This document shows positions 41,401-56,179 of a stretch of DNA of 64,000 bases, piece after piece (position 1 is the stretch's first letter; each line of letters begins with the position of its first letter). The notes beneath the pieces were generated by a model. It did not search any database and was not told where the DNA came from. It saw only the letters and a program-made list of their open reading frames with translations. The position numbers were made by a program, and so were the translations under genes. This DNA comes from Trichinella spiralis (lineage: Eukaryota). The stretch covers positions 1 through 64,000 of the forward strand of contig NW_003526941.1 in assembly GCF_000181795.1 (NCBI RefSeq), in the 5' to 3' direction.

Positions 41401-44400
41401 CACTTCAGTGCCAGATGAGTCCAAAAGAAGTTCACCATTCAAAGAAAAACCTACATAAAGTCTACATAGAAGCTATATTTCAAGGAATAAACAACCTACA
41501 AATTGTCCTGTCAGTTAAATCGAGAAAACAACCAACAACATCTCCAACATTCCATTTTTTTCCATATGACTCTGATTCACCATGCCATTTTCTTCCAAGA
41601 TATCCGTCATATGCATAAGAAGATTTATGAAGACCAAAATCGCCATCAGGAGATGCACTTACGTCCATCCAGCCAACGTTCATAAAACCGGATGTACGTA
41701 TTTCGAATTCAAAATACCTTAAAACGTATTTATGAAAAATATTTTATCTAAATGAACTCACATTACCATTTTCCACTTTTCACCGCATATCTTTTTTCAA
41801 ATCGATACGTTCGCTTTTGCAAATTCATTACTTGTGACTGTTTAACAGCACCTTGAAATAGTATTTTTAATTGAACGTCAATCCAAGCAATGTCAAGCTA
41901 AAGTTTTTATTGATAAATTCTCCATTTCTTTTTTAAATTCAATGGAAATTTTGGAAAAGCAGTTGGAAAAGTTTCATGTTTTTTCAATAAATAATTGTTA
42001 AAATGTAGGAAAATAAACAAAACATCAAACCTTCATCTTGTTCAGCCGTTGGAGGTTCAATACAATAATTGTAGACAAGTAATGACCGTATAATTTGACC
42101 TGCTTTGTCACGGTTTGCGGCTTTAATATTCGGATCCAAAAAGTCGTAGGCTACCAAATGGGATGTCGTTTTTATGTTAACATTCTAAAATGTTTCGTAC
42201 CGTGTCATTTCTGTAAGCTAAAAACGATTTAATCGCACTTCGTTTTTTGAATACGTCCATCCGCGTTGGATTTTACTCTGTGTCCAAATATTGTGCATAT
42301 TTTTCGCAAGTTGATCAACCAGAGTTTCCAGTGTTTCATTTAATTCGTATTCTCTCGTATCAAGAGGAGCAGGCTTGTAGCCATTGCTCATTAAAAAACT
42401 AAAACAACATGATCATAAATTCCCAGTATCATAGTATTCACTGTCATACTTTTGCCCAAGACGAAAAGTTTTCACTCTATTTGAAGCTTTGCCAATATCT
42501 ATTCTATATCCCAGAGCAACAATAGTTCTAAACAGAATAAATAAAACATAAAAATGATTGTTTTCTATAAAAATTTAAATCAGCTTGGTACTTTAATGTC
42601 TCTTTTGCGAGATTTAAATTGTACGATCGTTCAGCTGTAGGCAATCGTTCATAAGATGTAAGGCAAGGATGAGTTTTTTGGGTTTCGCTTCTACGCTAAA
42701 GAAAATTTAATTGCATTCTGCCATGACAATTTTAAAAGCATAAATAAATAAGATACCTCTCCGTAAATCCAACCTTTTTCAATTTTATCCATTGCCCAAA
42801 GTTCGTGTATGTTTTCAGCTAGCTTTTCATGTACATCTTCCAAATGTTTCGGTAGAGATACCTAGATAAAATTGCATTTTACACATTAATCAAAAAACAA
42901 CATGAAATTTGTAGCATAAAGCACAAAGTACATCTTTCGTATCGATTGGCTTCGGTTGAAAAACGATGTAATCTGATATTACGGTAGATGGACCAGCAAA
43001 ATATCCTTTTCTAGTGTCGCCAAATGAAATGCAAGATATTAATTTAACTGGAGATATAGCAGCTTCTGAAATGGGAAGGTAACCTTTCTTCGGCCCAAAG
43101 CGCAATTTCCCTTGTGAGCCACCAAAAAAGAACCGGCAACTACAAGGATTTTTCATTATATAAAAAGCAGATACATTTACTTCAAATTACATCACCTAAC
43201 AACGGCTGACAAACTCATTACTGGATAAAACAGGCAATCACAAGATGAAAAGTTTCTAACTGATGTTCCTATCTGATGCCCATTTAATGAAAATTGAATT
43301 TCCGGAATAGCTAAATCTAGGGAACAGCCAATGACGTCGCCTTTACGAATTTCATGCGTCCCAACAAATTTTTCAATGCCTCCTAAAATACAACAGAAAT
43401 TATCAGAAAGTAATCATTTGCAAAATTATTGTAAATGAATTATTTGTATTTAATGTTAAATTAATTACTTGAGCTTCTAAATTAAGCATAGCGTTAAAAG
43501 AAACCGTGTATTTGATTAACATTTTCATAATCTTAACGATGCTGCCCAATTTAAATTTGCATCGAAATTTAACTGTAAATAAGGAATATTTTTCAGACAC
43601 TGTTATTTCATGATTTTTATATCATGCATTTATTTCATAAAAATCAATAAATAAATTAAGTAATTGATTAACGAATAATAACAATTTCCAAAGTTCTTTT
43701 TCAAACCTATCAATTTTGACAATTTCAACGCTGCTATACCTGCATATATATATTGACCGTCAAATCCAAATGAAAACATATCATCGCCAACACCATTGCA
43801 GCCCCACTTCTTTCCTGATCCAGGATAAGCCCGATAACCAGCTGACGATGCCCAACCAATGCGCAGATGTGGCTTTTGGCCACTAGTACGCATACTTTCC
43901 ATGTATTCTAGTTCAGCTTCAAAATACCAACGTGGATACATCGCTGAATTTTCATATGATCCAACAAATATGTTTGCCATCACACTTAATGAAACATTTG
44001 TTTATTCATTCACTTCTTTATTTATTTGTAATAAATTGCTTTTATTCCAAACTGTTACCTAGAAACTTGATCTATCATTTTCGTCTGAAGAAGAAACTTT
44101 TTGTTACAAAGCAATTCACTGCAAATAACGTTCTGGCTGTTACGAACTGCAACGCCATTGCCTTCACATAATGCTGACAAAACGTTTAACACCTAAATAT
44201 AAATTAATAAAATAATAAATAATAAATGCTAAAAATAATGTCACACGCGTGTTAAAATATATATAAAAAACTTACTTTCGGATCGTGGCCAACTTTTTCT
44301 AACAATGAAATTACTGCTTTGACATGATCTTCATTTATCATATTTAACGCCTCAGGACTCTCCGTAAGAATGCAATACAGAACGTCTAATATTCCTGTTA

Positions 44401-47400
44401 ATAAATAATATGAAGTTTGAAATTGTCTAAAATGTAAATTTTTTAATTAATTTATATCAATATTTTAATATTTAAAGCAAAAGTTACAGTTTTTTACGAT
44501 ATATATGCAACAAAGGTTCATAGATACCATATAATGAAACTAACCAACTAACTGCACCATCAGTGAAAAAAATGCACAAATTGTAAAGAAAAGTGTATGC
44601 ATAATTCTTTCTCAATTGTTATTCAATTATTTTATTTATAAAACTAACTAGAATAGCATTTCAAATATTTTCATGCATGTGGAATTAAAAAATTAAAATA
44701 CCGGATGCAGTAATACTAAAGAAAAATAACAGATTGATTTGCAGTTTTAAAATTTAACAAATTACCTTCAGCTGATTGCGGATTTGACAAACGACTGAAT
44801 AACCAGTTTAAGCGTTGTGCGGATGCGAACTGTGTGCAATTAGAATGATTCCCTTTAATCATTGCTGCCACAAGTAAATACAAATAAGTAGATATATCTT
44901 GCCAATTCTTGCATTTGTCTTCTTTTGTAACATCTAACAATTCTGTCATTGATTCAACTGCAGAAAACTGATCGATTGTATCAATTATCATGTTTAGCAG
45001 TCCTTCTTCTTGAAACAAATCTTGTCTATTCCTTAATGCTCTAAGACCATTCTGCATAGATTCAAAATCTATTCGCAAAATGTTTATTATGTAGTTCATC
45101 AATTTATTACAATTTATACGAATGGCACATACCAACACCTTCTTCCGGCTGGGCAAAATACTGAATTAAATCTTCCATAAGTTTTACCGTTTCTGATAAA
45201 TCAGCACGATTCCATGCCAACGAATCTTTTCCTTCCATCTGAAGACCTTCTAAACCTCTAAATCACAAAGCTGCTTTTAAGAGACTTTAATTGTAAAATT
45301 TTATTATTAATTACATATTTCTCTTCATTTTTTAACTCAAAACATAACAGTTTCAATAAAAATTATTCCATTTTGCACATGACATTAGCGTATTCTCAAA
45401 GTAAAACAAATTTTCAAAATGTGGAATTCAAATAAGATAACGACGTTAATTTAAAAATATACATTTAAAAATGTTAAGTCGAACTTTTTCTCTGTTTTGA
45501 TTTTCAAATTATTAAAAATAACGAAATTAACATTAAAACTAACCTTAAAAAACGATTCAAAATCTGAGAACACTTCCGAATAACCCTGGCAGATTGTGAT
45601 TCTTCTTCTTGAGCTTTGAATAGTATAAAGCAATCATCCATTCTTGCTTCTTCCACAGCAATAGCTTTCTTCTCCTCTACTTTTCCCATGTTTTTCTTCG
45701 TTACTGCCGTGGTCTTAAATATATACATTAATTTAACAATTTCATCATCCAATTTTGTATTGGAGGAAAATTTTAAAAAACGTTAAAAGTTCTAACTAAT
45801 CGATGTGAAAGTCATTTTTCACCCTATGACACGCTATCTACAATGATACATACAGTTCTATATTGTCACTATTACATATACTATTAGCAAAAATAACTAA
45901 AAACAAACTTGATTTAGAAATTACATTTAAAAAAATTTAACGGAAATGAACGAAAAAGATTTGAGAACGTTTCACTGACAACGTCAAATATTTACAATTT
46001 TTGCGATCTGTGTATTGTAAAAAATATTAAATAAATAATACCTGACACGACAGCCATAAATTTGATTGCAAGTGTTGCAAAAAAATTACAGTTTCTCCAT
46101 ATTTAACTGTAGCAACTCCCATTCCTTCTTCTTCTTTTTCTTCAAAAGTTGATCGCTTCACATCCTAGTATTGAACATCATTCAAAAACATTTTCACAAA
46201 AAACTGCGCAAAAATAGCAGTGCATAAAAAATTTTACGAGTGAATACTTTTAAAAAACTAAAACTTAATTTAAATATATGCTTACTTTGGACGATATCAT
46301 TATAAATGCAGTTGATTCAAATGAAGCCCTGTCTTTGTGCAGCAGACACACCTGATTATCTTCATTCAAAGCAAGAAAGCGACCAGAAGTGATATGCCTA
46401 ATGCGAAAAGCCTGCTCCCAACCAATCAAGGAGCTTTGCCATTTACCATGAATTAATTCTGGCCGCCATAAAGATCGAGCTTGATTACATGACTTTCCAT
46501 TTTCATAAATAACAATACTATACAGCATAAAGATTACTATTCCAGAAAATGTTATAAATAGTTAGTTATAATTTTTCAAAATTACTTATTTTGAGGACTG
46601 TCACTCCAATTTTCAGGAATAGTCAAACACTCATCATTGCCGTGATTTAAGCGCAAAACATCATTACCACAAACGTAACCTAAAGCGTTCAGCATCAGTC
46701 ATCTGACAAACCTCTAAAACTGATTGACAAATAACAAATAAACAATGACTCGTCGCACTCCATGCAGCACTGTAATATAGATAATATATTGGACTTTATC
46801 TGCACTAACTACTTGCAGTGCCTTTTATTTTACATTTCTAATTTCTGTGGTAGTAAAGTTGGTTTTAAAATTTAGCTTTCAAACAAAATGTCACAAAAAT
46901 CCATGCACATCAAGTACCCATGTGCCGCTCCCGAACACCTCCAGAGCTGTTTGGAGTGATGCTCCACAACGTCTGATGAAACGCAGCTAAAACTGTGTTT
47001 CCATTTGTTGATGACATATGCTATAGAAAAATGTGAAACATGAATTTTATTATTTGTTTCTTTACCACATGACATACCAAATAACGTTCAGTAGCAACAC
47101 TAACAAGGATGACATCGTCTCCAAATCGGACCTTTTCACCTTCAGATCGCTGTTTTGAAGCCGGATGTATAGTCCACCAGCAAAATTCACCGGCATTCGT
47201 TTCGCACAGACCAACATCGAAAGCAAGTTTATCCGATGCAGAAGACGTAGAGAGACAAGTCAAATACTTAATGAAATTTTTATATTCAATCATCCGAATT
47301 CATAACTAACAAATTACCATGCCGCTCAACGCGTGCTTCAGCTGTACTGCATGGCCGTAAAGCAATGTTCGATGAGTACTTGAACTTCCCTGCAAATTTA

Positions 47401-48952
47401 AAAAAAGTACACGAAAAATTATATTTGTGTGTGTGTGCGCGCGCTTGTAAAACAATAACAAAAGATAAATATGCAAAATTGCAAAATAGTTGTTGTTCGC
47501 TGTTTAAAATTTTTGGTATAATGTAAACTTATAAGAACACTTTGAAAGTTCTGCTTAAAATAAAAGTTTCTTCATGTGACCTATAAACTTATTAATGACG
47601 AAAAACATTTATGGTAATTATATTGAAATTAAAACTGAAAATTATTTACTAATCTAATCAAATCAATCAGTGTTTGGGAAATTGTTGAGATATAATATGT
47701 GAAAATTAACTGCATAATTTTTCATCTTGAAATAAATTTGAAAAAGAAATTAAATATATTTAATTTTTTACAATACTTAAAGTAAAAACAGTGTTTAAAA
47801 TGCAGTGGTCGATTATTTATGCAAGTGAACAAAAAAAATTCATTTTTACCGAAATATTTGGCGATTCAGAACTCATCATTTCTTGCAACGCACGCACGGA
47901 TAGCGCTTGATCAATGTAAAACATACTTGTTGCATTATCAGGCGGTTTGTTCTAAATTACATACATAGATAATAAATATTCATTTTTGCGAAATTATTTT
48001 ATTTAATATTTTTATATTATAAAATCAGAAGTGATCAATAGAGAAAATAAAATCAATAGAGTTTATTTCGAAATTACAGTTTTTTAACGATTTTCAAATT
48101 TACATCATAATAACAGCAATTAAAAATTATGTAGACACACACAACTGCAAAGCTAATAGAACATTGTCAAACATTTTGCTATCAACAATTACTTAATTTC
48201 CCATTTATTCAAACTCTTGAAGCATGCGTCACTACAGGATACAAAATTAAGCATATTATACAATTGATAAAATCATGCCAAATCACGAATATCATATCAT
48301 TTATCTTGTAAACTTGAACTTAGTCGTAAGTAATATAATTTATTAAATGAAAAATTCTTTGAAAATAAATACTTTGCATAACAACCAACCATTCAATGAT
48401 GATGATAGACATGCTTCTTGGAGATTTGAGACAAGAATTTAAAAAGAGATGCATACAAATCGTTTGCACAATATTTATTTACATTAGTCATCTACGATTG
48501 TCTGAATTTGATTCATCATCAAATAACATATCAAAAAATAAATAATCAGTAAAATATATCACTAGCATGTGATTAATTTAAAACTAATAAACAAACATTA
48601 AAATCGTGTAATCAATAAAACGCTTCACATTTTTTGATAAAAATTAAAGAAGTAATATCAGTTGACAATAAATGCTGACATCAGTTTCACTTACTTTGTC
48701 GGACACAATTTCCAGATAACAGATTCGATTGCCAAAACCTTCGGCTGCTAAAGAGACTCTCTCAGCTGATCCAGTGCCGCTTTCTTTGCATGGAGCTAAG
48801 CACGTCAAGCACACAACATCGCCCTGAAGTGAAAGGAATAAAAAAAAGTGCTGAAATATTTCATTTGAATTATATTTAGCTTTCTTGAGTACCGTTCGAA
48901 GAAAAGAAATGTCATCCTGTTCGCCGGTACTATTTTCCTGGAAATCAGTCAT
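19714..48952 (-). CDS. unc-68: Ryanodine receptor (intracellular Ca2+ release channel), full-length multi-exon gene
   Basis: Start [26 protein letters not shown]...[15 protein letters not shown]-terminal MIR domains ([18 protein letters not shown]), [13 protein letters not shown] domains ([19 protein letters not shown]), RyR repeats ([22 protein letters not shown]) and [13 protein letters not shown]. Ca2+-site motifs [19 protein letters not shown] and [10 protein letters not shown]-hands [13 protein letters not shown] and [28 protein letters not shown]; pore [15 protein letters not shown]...H...H zinc finger; ends [21 protein letters not shown]. The GT-AG junctions I checked join in frame. 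Confidence 0.98.
33011..33050. repeat. Intronic (TACAA)-like microsatellite
   Basis: tacaatataatacaatacaatacaatataagacaat. Confidence 0.7.
33820..33870. repeat. Intronic (AAT)n microsatellite
   Basis: taatgagtaatagtaatgagtaataataagtaataataataataataatag. Confidence 0.75.
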
Positions 48953-49699
48953 TTTCTAAAAACGAATGATCTCAAATAGTCAATGAGACGAAGATTTCGT
49001 CGTCGTTTGTCGATGGTCGCTCAGGCGGCTAATATAACAAAACCCAGCTGCCACGCTCACAGCCCTACCAGGAAACAGCTACGCGAAGCAAAACGCTAGA
49101 TCTTTCTTTATTCTGTCTAGCTTTTGAAAAAACATTAATCGTTCGGCTAGAAATCCCATGCATCTATGCAAAGTATACATGTACAGATGGATATCTTCGC
49201 ACAGATGTTGTCGGTGTTCGAGCGATAAAATAGGAATGCACGCTCATATATACATTGTAGGTATGCATGTATATATGGATGAATTTATTTCTTAATTTAT
49301 GCATGCATATATGCATGTGTATGTATGGACGAGTATAAGAGTGTGTAAATAGGAGTACGTGTATGCGTAGTTATGTACTTGTGTGAACGTTGATCGGGTT
49401 AAGCGCAGAGAAGGCAAACTTTTCTATTCGTCACAATTTATTTCTTTTCTCTCTTGCTTGATCAGAATCCATGGCAGACTGATGACGACGAATTGGTTGA
49501 AGTGAGCTAGCTAGTAAAAGCAAGCGGCCAGAAGCGACCGCAGCTGCGAGCAAGTTGCGCCCGAAGTTTCTCTTTCACAACTGAGCAAATGTTCCACCAC
49601 TTATTGCTGCGTTGTAGACAACGGCACAAAGCTAATAATCAATCCAGTTATCAGAAGCCGTGCAATTATGACCGACCAGCAACTGTTTCTCCCAGCTTT

Positions 49700-49960
49700 A
49701 TTCTTCTTCTTCTTCTTCCTCCACTTCTTCTTCTTTCTTCTTCGCAATGAAGCATATATGCATACACGCGCGCCATCCAGCTAAGATACTGCAGTTTGTT
49801 TGCTGCTGCAAGCTACATAAACGCCGCATTCAAACTCAGTCTTTATACTCTTACTTTTCCCTCTCTTCTTTCTCTTTCTTTCACTCTCCATCTCTCTCTC
49901 TCTCTCTCTAACGCTCATTTTCTTTTTCCTTTTTTCTTTCATTCTTCTCTTTCTCCATCA
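49700..49960. promoter_or_regulatory. Polypyrimidine (TTC)n/(CT)n tract in the divergent RyR-ankyrin intergenic region; candidate promoter/5' region
   Basis: (ttc)n at ~49701-49743 and (ct)n at ~49861-49908, about 0.8-1 kb upstream of the RyR ATG. A regulatory role is inference only. Confidence 0.35.
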
Positions 49961-52128
49961 TCGAACTCACTTTGATGCTCTCATTCAATTGCATTTCGCG
50001 TTAAATCACTTAAATTTTAAATTCCATTTTATATCGTTGATCAACAGTTTGCAATAATTCAATGAGAAAACAGCATGCGCAACAGATACGTACGCGACAT
50101 TCTAAAAACATAAAATTAATTCTCTCTCTTACCAATACAATGGAAAAAGAAAAATGAAAAAAACAATGCAATTGCTTTCACAAGCATTTTTATTATAAAT
50201 AAATTAACTAAATTTTGTTGCTGTAACAGTGTCACGTTTGTCAGCGTTTATTCACAGTCTCTGCAAATTCAAGTATTTCATTGCCAATAGTTAGCTATTG
50301 ATATTAATTGTCAACGGAATTTAAAGAACTTCTTCTAGAAAGTTGACAAGTGAACAACTCCCATATGCTTGCTTGCAAACGAAAATGCACATCAATCATT
50401 CAATTGCACTACTACTCTGAGCTAAATAACTGGTAAAGCTGCTCCATTCGTATTTATTGTTATCATTTTTTTCACTTAACATTCTCATTATATAATAATT
50501 CATCAGTCCACTGTTGAACTGTGAAACGACAGAAATATTACAATTTCTTTCATAAATAACATTTTAACCGAAAAATTATCCTTCCCAACTTCCAACAACT
50601 GAAAAACTGAAAAACCTTACAATCAGTAAAACAGAAAAGCTCTTTTGATTTTCATACGCACTTACTTTTGTGTACAATTACAAAAAAACAAATTACAAGA
50701 TATAATTGATAAAAATTATCCATTGCCTGTTGCTACTACTATTTTCACAGGATACAACATTTTCATTCTTTTGTACTTTTCAAGAATAGACTATGTCATA
50801 TGGTTCAAAAAGTTCAAAGTGAAAAATATCAAATGATACTATAAAATTCCACACAATAAACTATTCATAAATTATTTGTATTATTGAATTTTGTGATGCG
50901 CTACTAAATGATCATTATTAACACTGCTTTAAACTTCCAAGCAACGTATGATTTATATCTTAAAAGAATTTTAATTAATTTTTTTGTAAACTTTCCTCCA
51001 AAAAGCATTTTACTTACTTTTAGTAATTTTTGTTATTTGGAAATTGTAATATTCTAATGAATAATGAATGCAGTAAAAACTATAATATCCAGTGAAATAC
51101 TCAAAATACAATTATTCGTTTTACTCCACATTCACATTATCATTCATCAAAATACCATAATAATTTTCCATTTCTACATTTTTTTGTTCTGCAGCATTTT
51201 CATCAAATAATTACAATACAACAACAAATAAATAAAGAAGTGTACGCTTATTGTTGAAACAGTTCAAATGAAATTGCGGAATCAAACTGCAATTACTTTG
51301 CACGAACATTCTTCAAAAATAATTATTTATATCAAAAAAAATTTAAGCATTTTTATAAAATGTTTACCGTCTGCTTGAATTGTTCTTTAAAATAAAAATG
51401 CTACATGCGTTTTTATAAAGAGCAAATCAATAGCAAATAAACAGTTAGAAAATCAATGCAAAATTTTGACGTTTGCATTTAAACAATTTTTCAAAGTGTA
51501 ATTTTCAAATTTTCATACTCTGTGCGCATTTTATCTAAATGCTTATCGCTCATGGTAAGCTTCACTTTAATCTACTCTGATATTATATTCATGTATATTA
51601 TAATTATTAGAGTAGTGCTTGTCTTGTATATAGGACGCCATAAATTTTAAATACACAAACAGATACCTACTATAAAGAAATAACTGAAACATGACTAGCA
51701 AAAAGGGAGAATAAACACCTCTACACATTGTATTTAAGGATAGTAATTTGCTAAATGCCATAAGTTGTCATTATTATGGTACCAAATTGTTTGACAAAAT
51801 CAAATTCTTTGTTAGTAAGTCACCAACTAATAAACGTTCAATCGATACTTCTTGCAGCTCGCTGGATGCCTTTATACGCATGCATGACTGACTAAGCTAT
51901 TAAAGCAAAGCAAATTTCGATTGTTAGAGTATTTGTTGCGTGATCGCAGAGAGTGGCTAATGACAATTAAAATTTTGTCAACCAGATCACATAGTGAGCG
52001 ATACAATGCATCAAATTACAGAACCTTGCTTTTCAAAAATTTCACCATTTGTTTCACCTTTGCACACCACCACTGCTTAATCAACGGTAAAGCAGTCTTT
52101 ATCACTACACTTTATAGTAAAGCTCATT

Positions 52129-55100
52129 ATGGTATGTTTGGTTTATTTAAAACTTTCTGTTTAAAAATGTAGAAATTACTTTTTGTTTAGAAGAATTTAG
52201 CATAAGGTATAATAAAATTACTGGTACAAAATGTAAACTGAAAATAAAAGAAAATGTCACTGGAAGAAAATTAACAGATGCTATCAAATAATTCGTATTG
52301 TTTGCATTTATTTCAAAATTTTTATATTTCATTAAACAATTTTCCAATTGCTTTCCACTAAGAATCTGCTTGTTGTAAAAAAAAATCAGCATTTCTTTTT
52401 TTTATATTTTAAAAATGTAAATTTTACGAATTAGAGCAACGAACAAGTGGCCCACAAAGATGAAAAAGCAGCCCAAGAAAACCTACACGTTCAATCAACA
52501 GAGCATCGACAATCACTGCCAACCGCTGCCAGCAATCGCAACAACAAACATAATAAGTAATTAATTTTTACAAATGTTAAAAATTTTTTGAATCACAAAA
52601 ATTAACAAATAAATGATACACTGAGATTTGTTTTGCATAAACTGTGTCTCTATTATAAAGAGGGAAAATATTTTTTAACGCTGAAAGTTTTACATTTTAA
52701 CTGTGCAAAGTGATTCAACGGCTTCATCAATAAACAACTTACAGTTATTAATTATAGACATTTTTTGTTCGTCATTGCTGTTGCAACCAACAGCATACAG
52801 TTAATTAACGAATTGATTTCTCAGCATGAGAACTTGAACATTTTCGACAAACACGGACGTACATTAGTTCATTGGTCAGTAGCATGTGGAAATGCAGAAA
52901 TTTTGGAAACGCTTTTGAAAAATGGAGCTTCTACTTCAATTCCAGATAATTTTGGAATTTATCCAATTCATTATAGCACACAATTGAAATGTACAAAAAC
53001 ATCTGAAAAAATTTTGAGCATTTTATTAAAATATGGTTCATCACCAAACGTAACTGATTCTGCAAACCAGACTCCTCTTATTTGGTCAGCATTATTAAGC
53101 GGTATATTATTTCACCAACCATTTTATCCTATTATAATAAATCGCTTCAATATATGTATTTATTTATTTATTTGTTTGATTATTTATATAGACAATGTAG
53201 CAGTTGCAAAACGCCTCTTTGATGCCGGTAGCAACGCATTTGTACGAAACAAAGACTCATTGACTGGTGAAACTTCACCAATTGGTTTGTACAACGCAAC
53301 AATATTATATAAAAGAATTGTTTTAGCTTTGCATTGTGCTGCCAGTCGTGGAAATGTTCAGTTTTTACATTTATTATTTAATTACGTTGAAAGTAATTCT
53401 ATTGTAAACATCACTGACCGTAACGGATGCACAGCATTGTTTTACGCTGTTGCTTATGGTCACACTGATTGCGCTAGTTGCTTGTTGGAAAATGGAGCAT
53501 CAGTTAATTGCAAAGATCATACCGGCAAAACAGCTAGCCATTATGCAGTCATCAAATCTCAGCTGCAAATTCTTTCAATACTGTACAACTATGGAGCAAA
53601 TGTAGATGCTAAAGATAATTTCGGGTGCACTTTGATGCACGAAGCAACTCAGACTGGAAATTTAGGTGAGTAAATTGACAAAAATATTTTCCGCTACAAA
53701 AATGCAATGAATTTTCGATCAATTACTACCACAAGTAGTTAATTAATGATAGACAGAATGCTTGGCACTGTACTGCACTGAATAATAATAAGTGTGCAAA
53801 TTTAGAAATTGTCCAATGGCTTATAGAAAGATCAAGAAGTATTGACGACAAAGACAGCAAAGGTCGTACACCATGGCAAATTGCTAATGCAAACAAAAAT
53901 CACTCCTTATGCAATATATTAAAACGCACCGAATCGCAACTAGACAGCATCGTTACGGATGACCCAGTAATGTGTTATATTGTTCGCTTATTAAAATATA
54001 TTTAAATTTTAAATTACAGTAAATGAAATTGAATTAAAATTTTCCCTTACATTTCTCCGTTTCACATCACATACTTTGTAAATGCTCCTAATATTCTTCT
54101 TCTTCTTCTTTTTCTATTGAAAACATTTATCTAATTTTAGATGCTCAAAATAGTATTTACAATTTTCACTAAAGTGTGACGCTCATCAATAAACTGCAAA
54201 TGTTTATTGCTTATTATCCGAAAATTACTTTTAGGATCCCTTTTCTTTAGCTAACAATTTTTTGGAAAAAACAGAACAATCATTTGTGAATAAAGAAGAA
54301 CAAGAATGCTACTATACCATTTATCGACGTCTAGGATCTGATTTGAAATTGCCCAATGGACAATATCATTTTTACCCTTTGAAAGGTCAGACGATTGCAA
54401 ACAATTTTTACTGTTTTCTATAATTTGATTTGATAAAACGTTGACAGCTTCTGCATTTTTGAATGATGCATATTAATTTTCTTGTTCACCTCTTTCCGCT
54501 TTATCAATATTACTGAATTACTGAATGTAAGGATAACATTGTTGACAAAAAATTATCAATACACATATTACTGCTTTAAAATTCTAAAATGTATTATTCT
54601 ATTTTATTATTTTATAAAAAATAATATTAATGTATGGCAAAGGCATCGAAAAATTACAATTTGTCATATTCTAAAAAGCATCAAGTAATGAATAACTGAT
54701 TATCATTTTTAGAAAAACGGTGCTTCGATAACAAACTGTGTTGGAATGAGAAAAATAATTTTGCAAACGAGGAATGCAAATTGAACGTCACAAACACAGC
54801 TGAAACGACTAAAGTAATAACAATTACTACTGAAACAAAACTTAACGAACCAATAAAAAACAGCACTGACAAGATTGAAGCATTTCATGATGTTGCTGAT
54901 TATGCACGCAAGCTTGTATAGCTAAATTGTGTAGTCTAATTAAATAATTTATCATACTAATTTCACTTCATTTAGACATCCAATGGACTTTCCATTCTCA
55001 AAGAAGAGAATGAGAACAACTCTTATATTCAAATTATCAAACATTCAACAGGACAAAATGGTGAAAATTGCAACCGTACAGAAGATGACTTTTACAACAC

Positions 55101-56078
55101 ACGACTTGCTGAACAACGCTTGAAGGAACAATCTCAAGAAAACTGGCAAAATGATCACCATCAATCGTTCATAAATTGTTGTCATTCGTCAAATGATAAG
55201 CAGAAAAAACAGTTCGAAGATACACACACTGAGTGTAGTAACACTTATGATGAGCTGGAAAATGAAAAGAAATTATTTGCATTAAACTTTGATGAGAAGA
55301 AGTCCGGTGGTTGTTCAACATTAGCTAATCAGATGAAGAATACTACTTTATGTCGTCCAGAATTGCAGACATTCTCGGCTAAACAATATCTCAACTTATC
55401 TGTACCGAAAAAAGTGGAACGTCTACTTATGCATGAATTGTGCAATTTGCACAAAATCGAAGACTTCTGCACCAAAATCAAAGAAGACATTATTGTAAAA
55501 ACGATGATAAAATCATTTTTAAACAACTTCAAAAGTGTTACTGGACAGTGTGTTGCGGACGTTCCAAAATTTTCTACATTTAAATCTTGGGAACGAGCAT
55601 TAAACGGTATGATTTATTTCATTTCTGCAAAACCACATTGGTCAACTATTCTGCATGAACTACCTTTCATTAATAAGAATAGTAATAATAATTCACATGT
55701 TTCCCTATAAAAGAAAACATGCAATACAAAATTAAGATCTCATATCACTATGTCTTCGATGCGTTCATTTATGCTCAATTATTATTTTATTATGTAATTT
55801 TATTTTTTTGAGATAATTTAAACTGGATACGAAATGCAGAAAAAATTTCCCAAAAGCAAGGTGAACATCAAAAGGTAAAAATTGTTCGTATATTCAAAAC
55901 CGCTCATTTTATAATTGTTTAGAACTGCATGTTATGCATTTTAAAAGATGAGAAACACTGCTGGGGCATATTCAAAAATCTATACGATCACAAACATGTT
56001 TCTAATCCACGTAAGCCATTTTCCAAATATCATTTAAAAATTACATTAAAAAAGGAAATGGAACATTTCACTCACTAA
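52129..56078 (+). CDS. Ankyrin-repeat protein (inversin-like N-terminal ANK array, unique C-terminus)
   Basis: Predicted in-frame exons: ATG 52129-52131, 52435-52556, 52758-53101, 53192-53266, 53327-53665, 53806-53966, 54235-54385, 54713-54915, 54976-55606, 55813-55874, 55923-56078. Multiple ANK motifs: DKHGRTLVHW, ALHCAASRGN, DRNGCTALFYAVAYGH, DHTGKTASHYA, DNFGCTLMHEATQTGN, DSKGRTPWQIA. The terminal exons are less certain. Confidence 0.85.
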
Positions 56079-56179
56079 TATCATTTATCAAATTTCACAC
56101 AGCTATCGTCTTAAAAGCAATCTGTTTTAGAAAAAAGGTGGAAATGATCATGTTTATATATCAGCCGATGGAAAAATCT

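Noticed and set aside
54905..54920. Possible GC donor (c|gcaagc) in the ankyrin gene
   Set aside because: Wrong phase for the next exon; the nearby GT donor after 54915 fits in frame.
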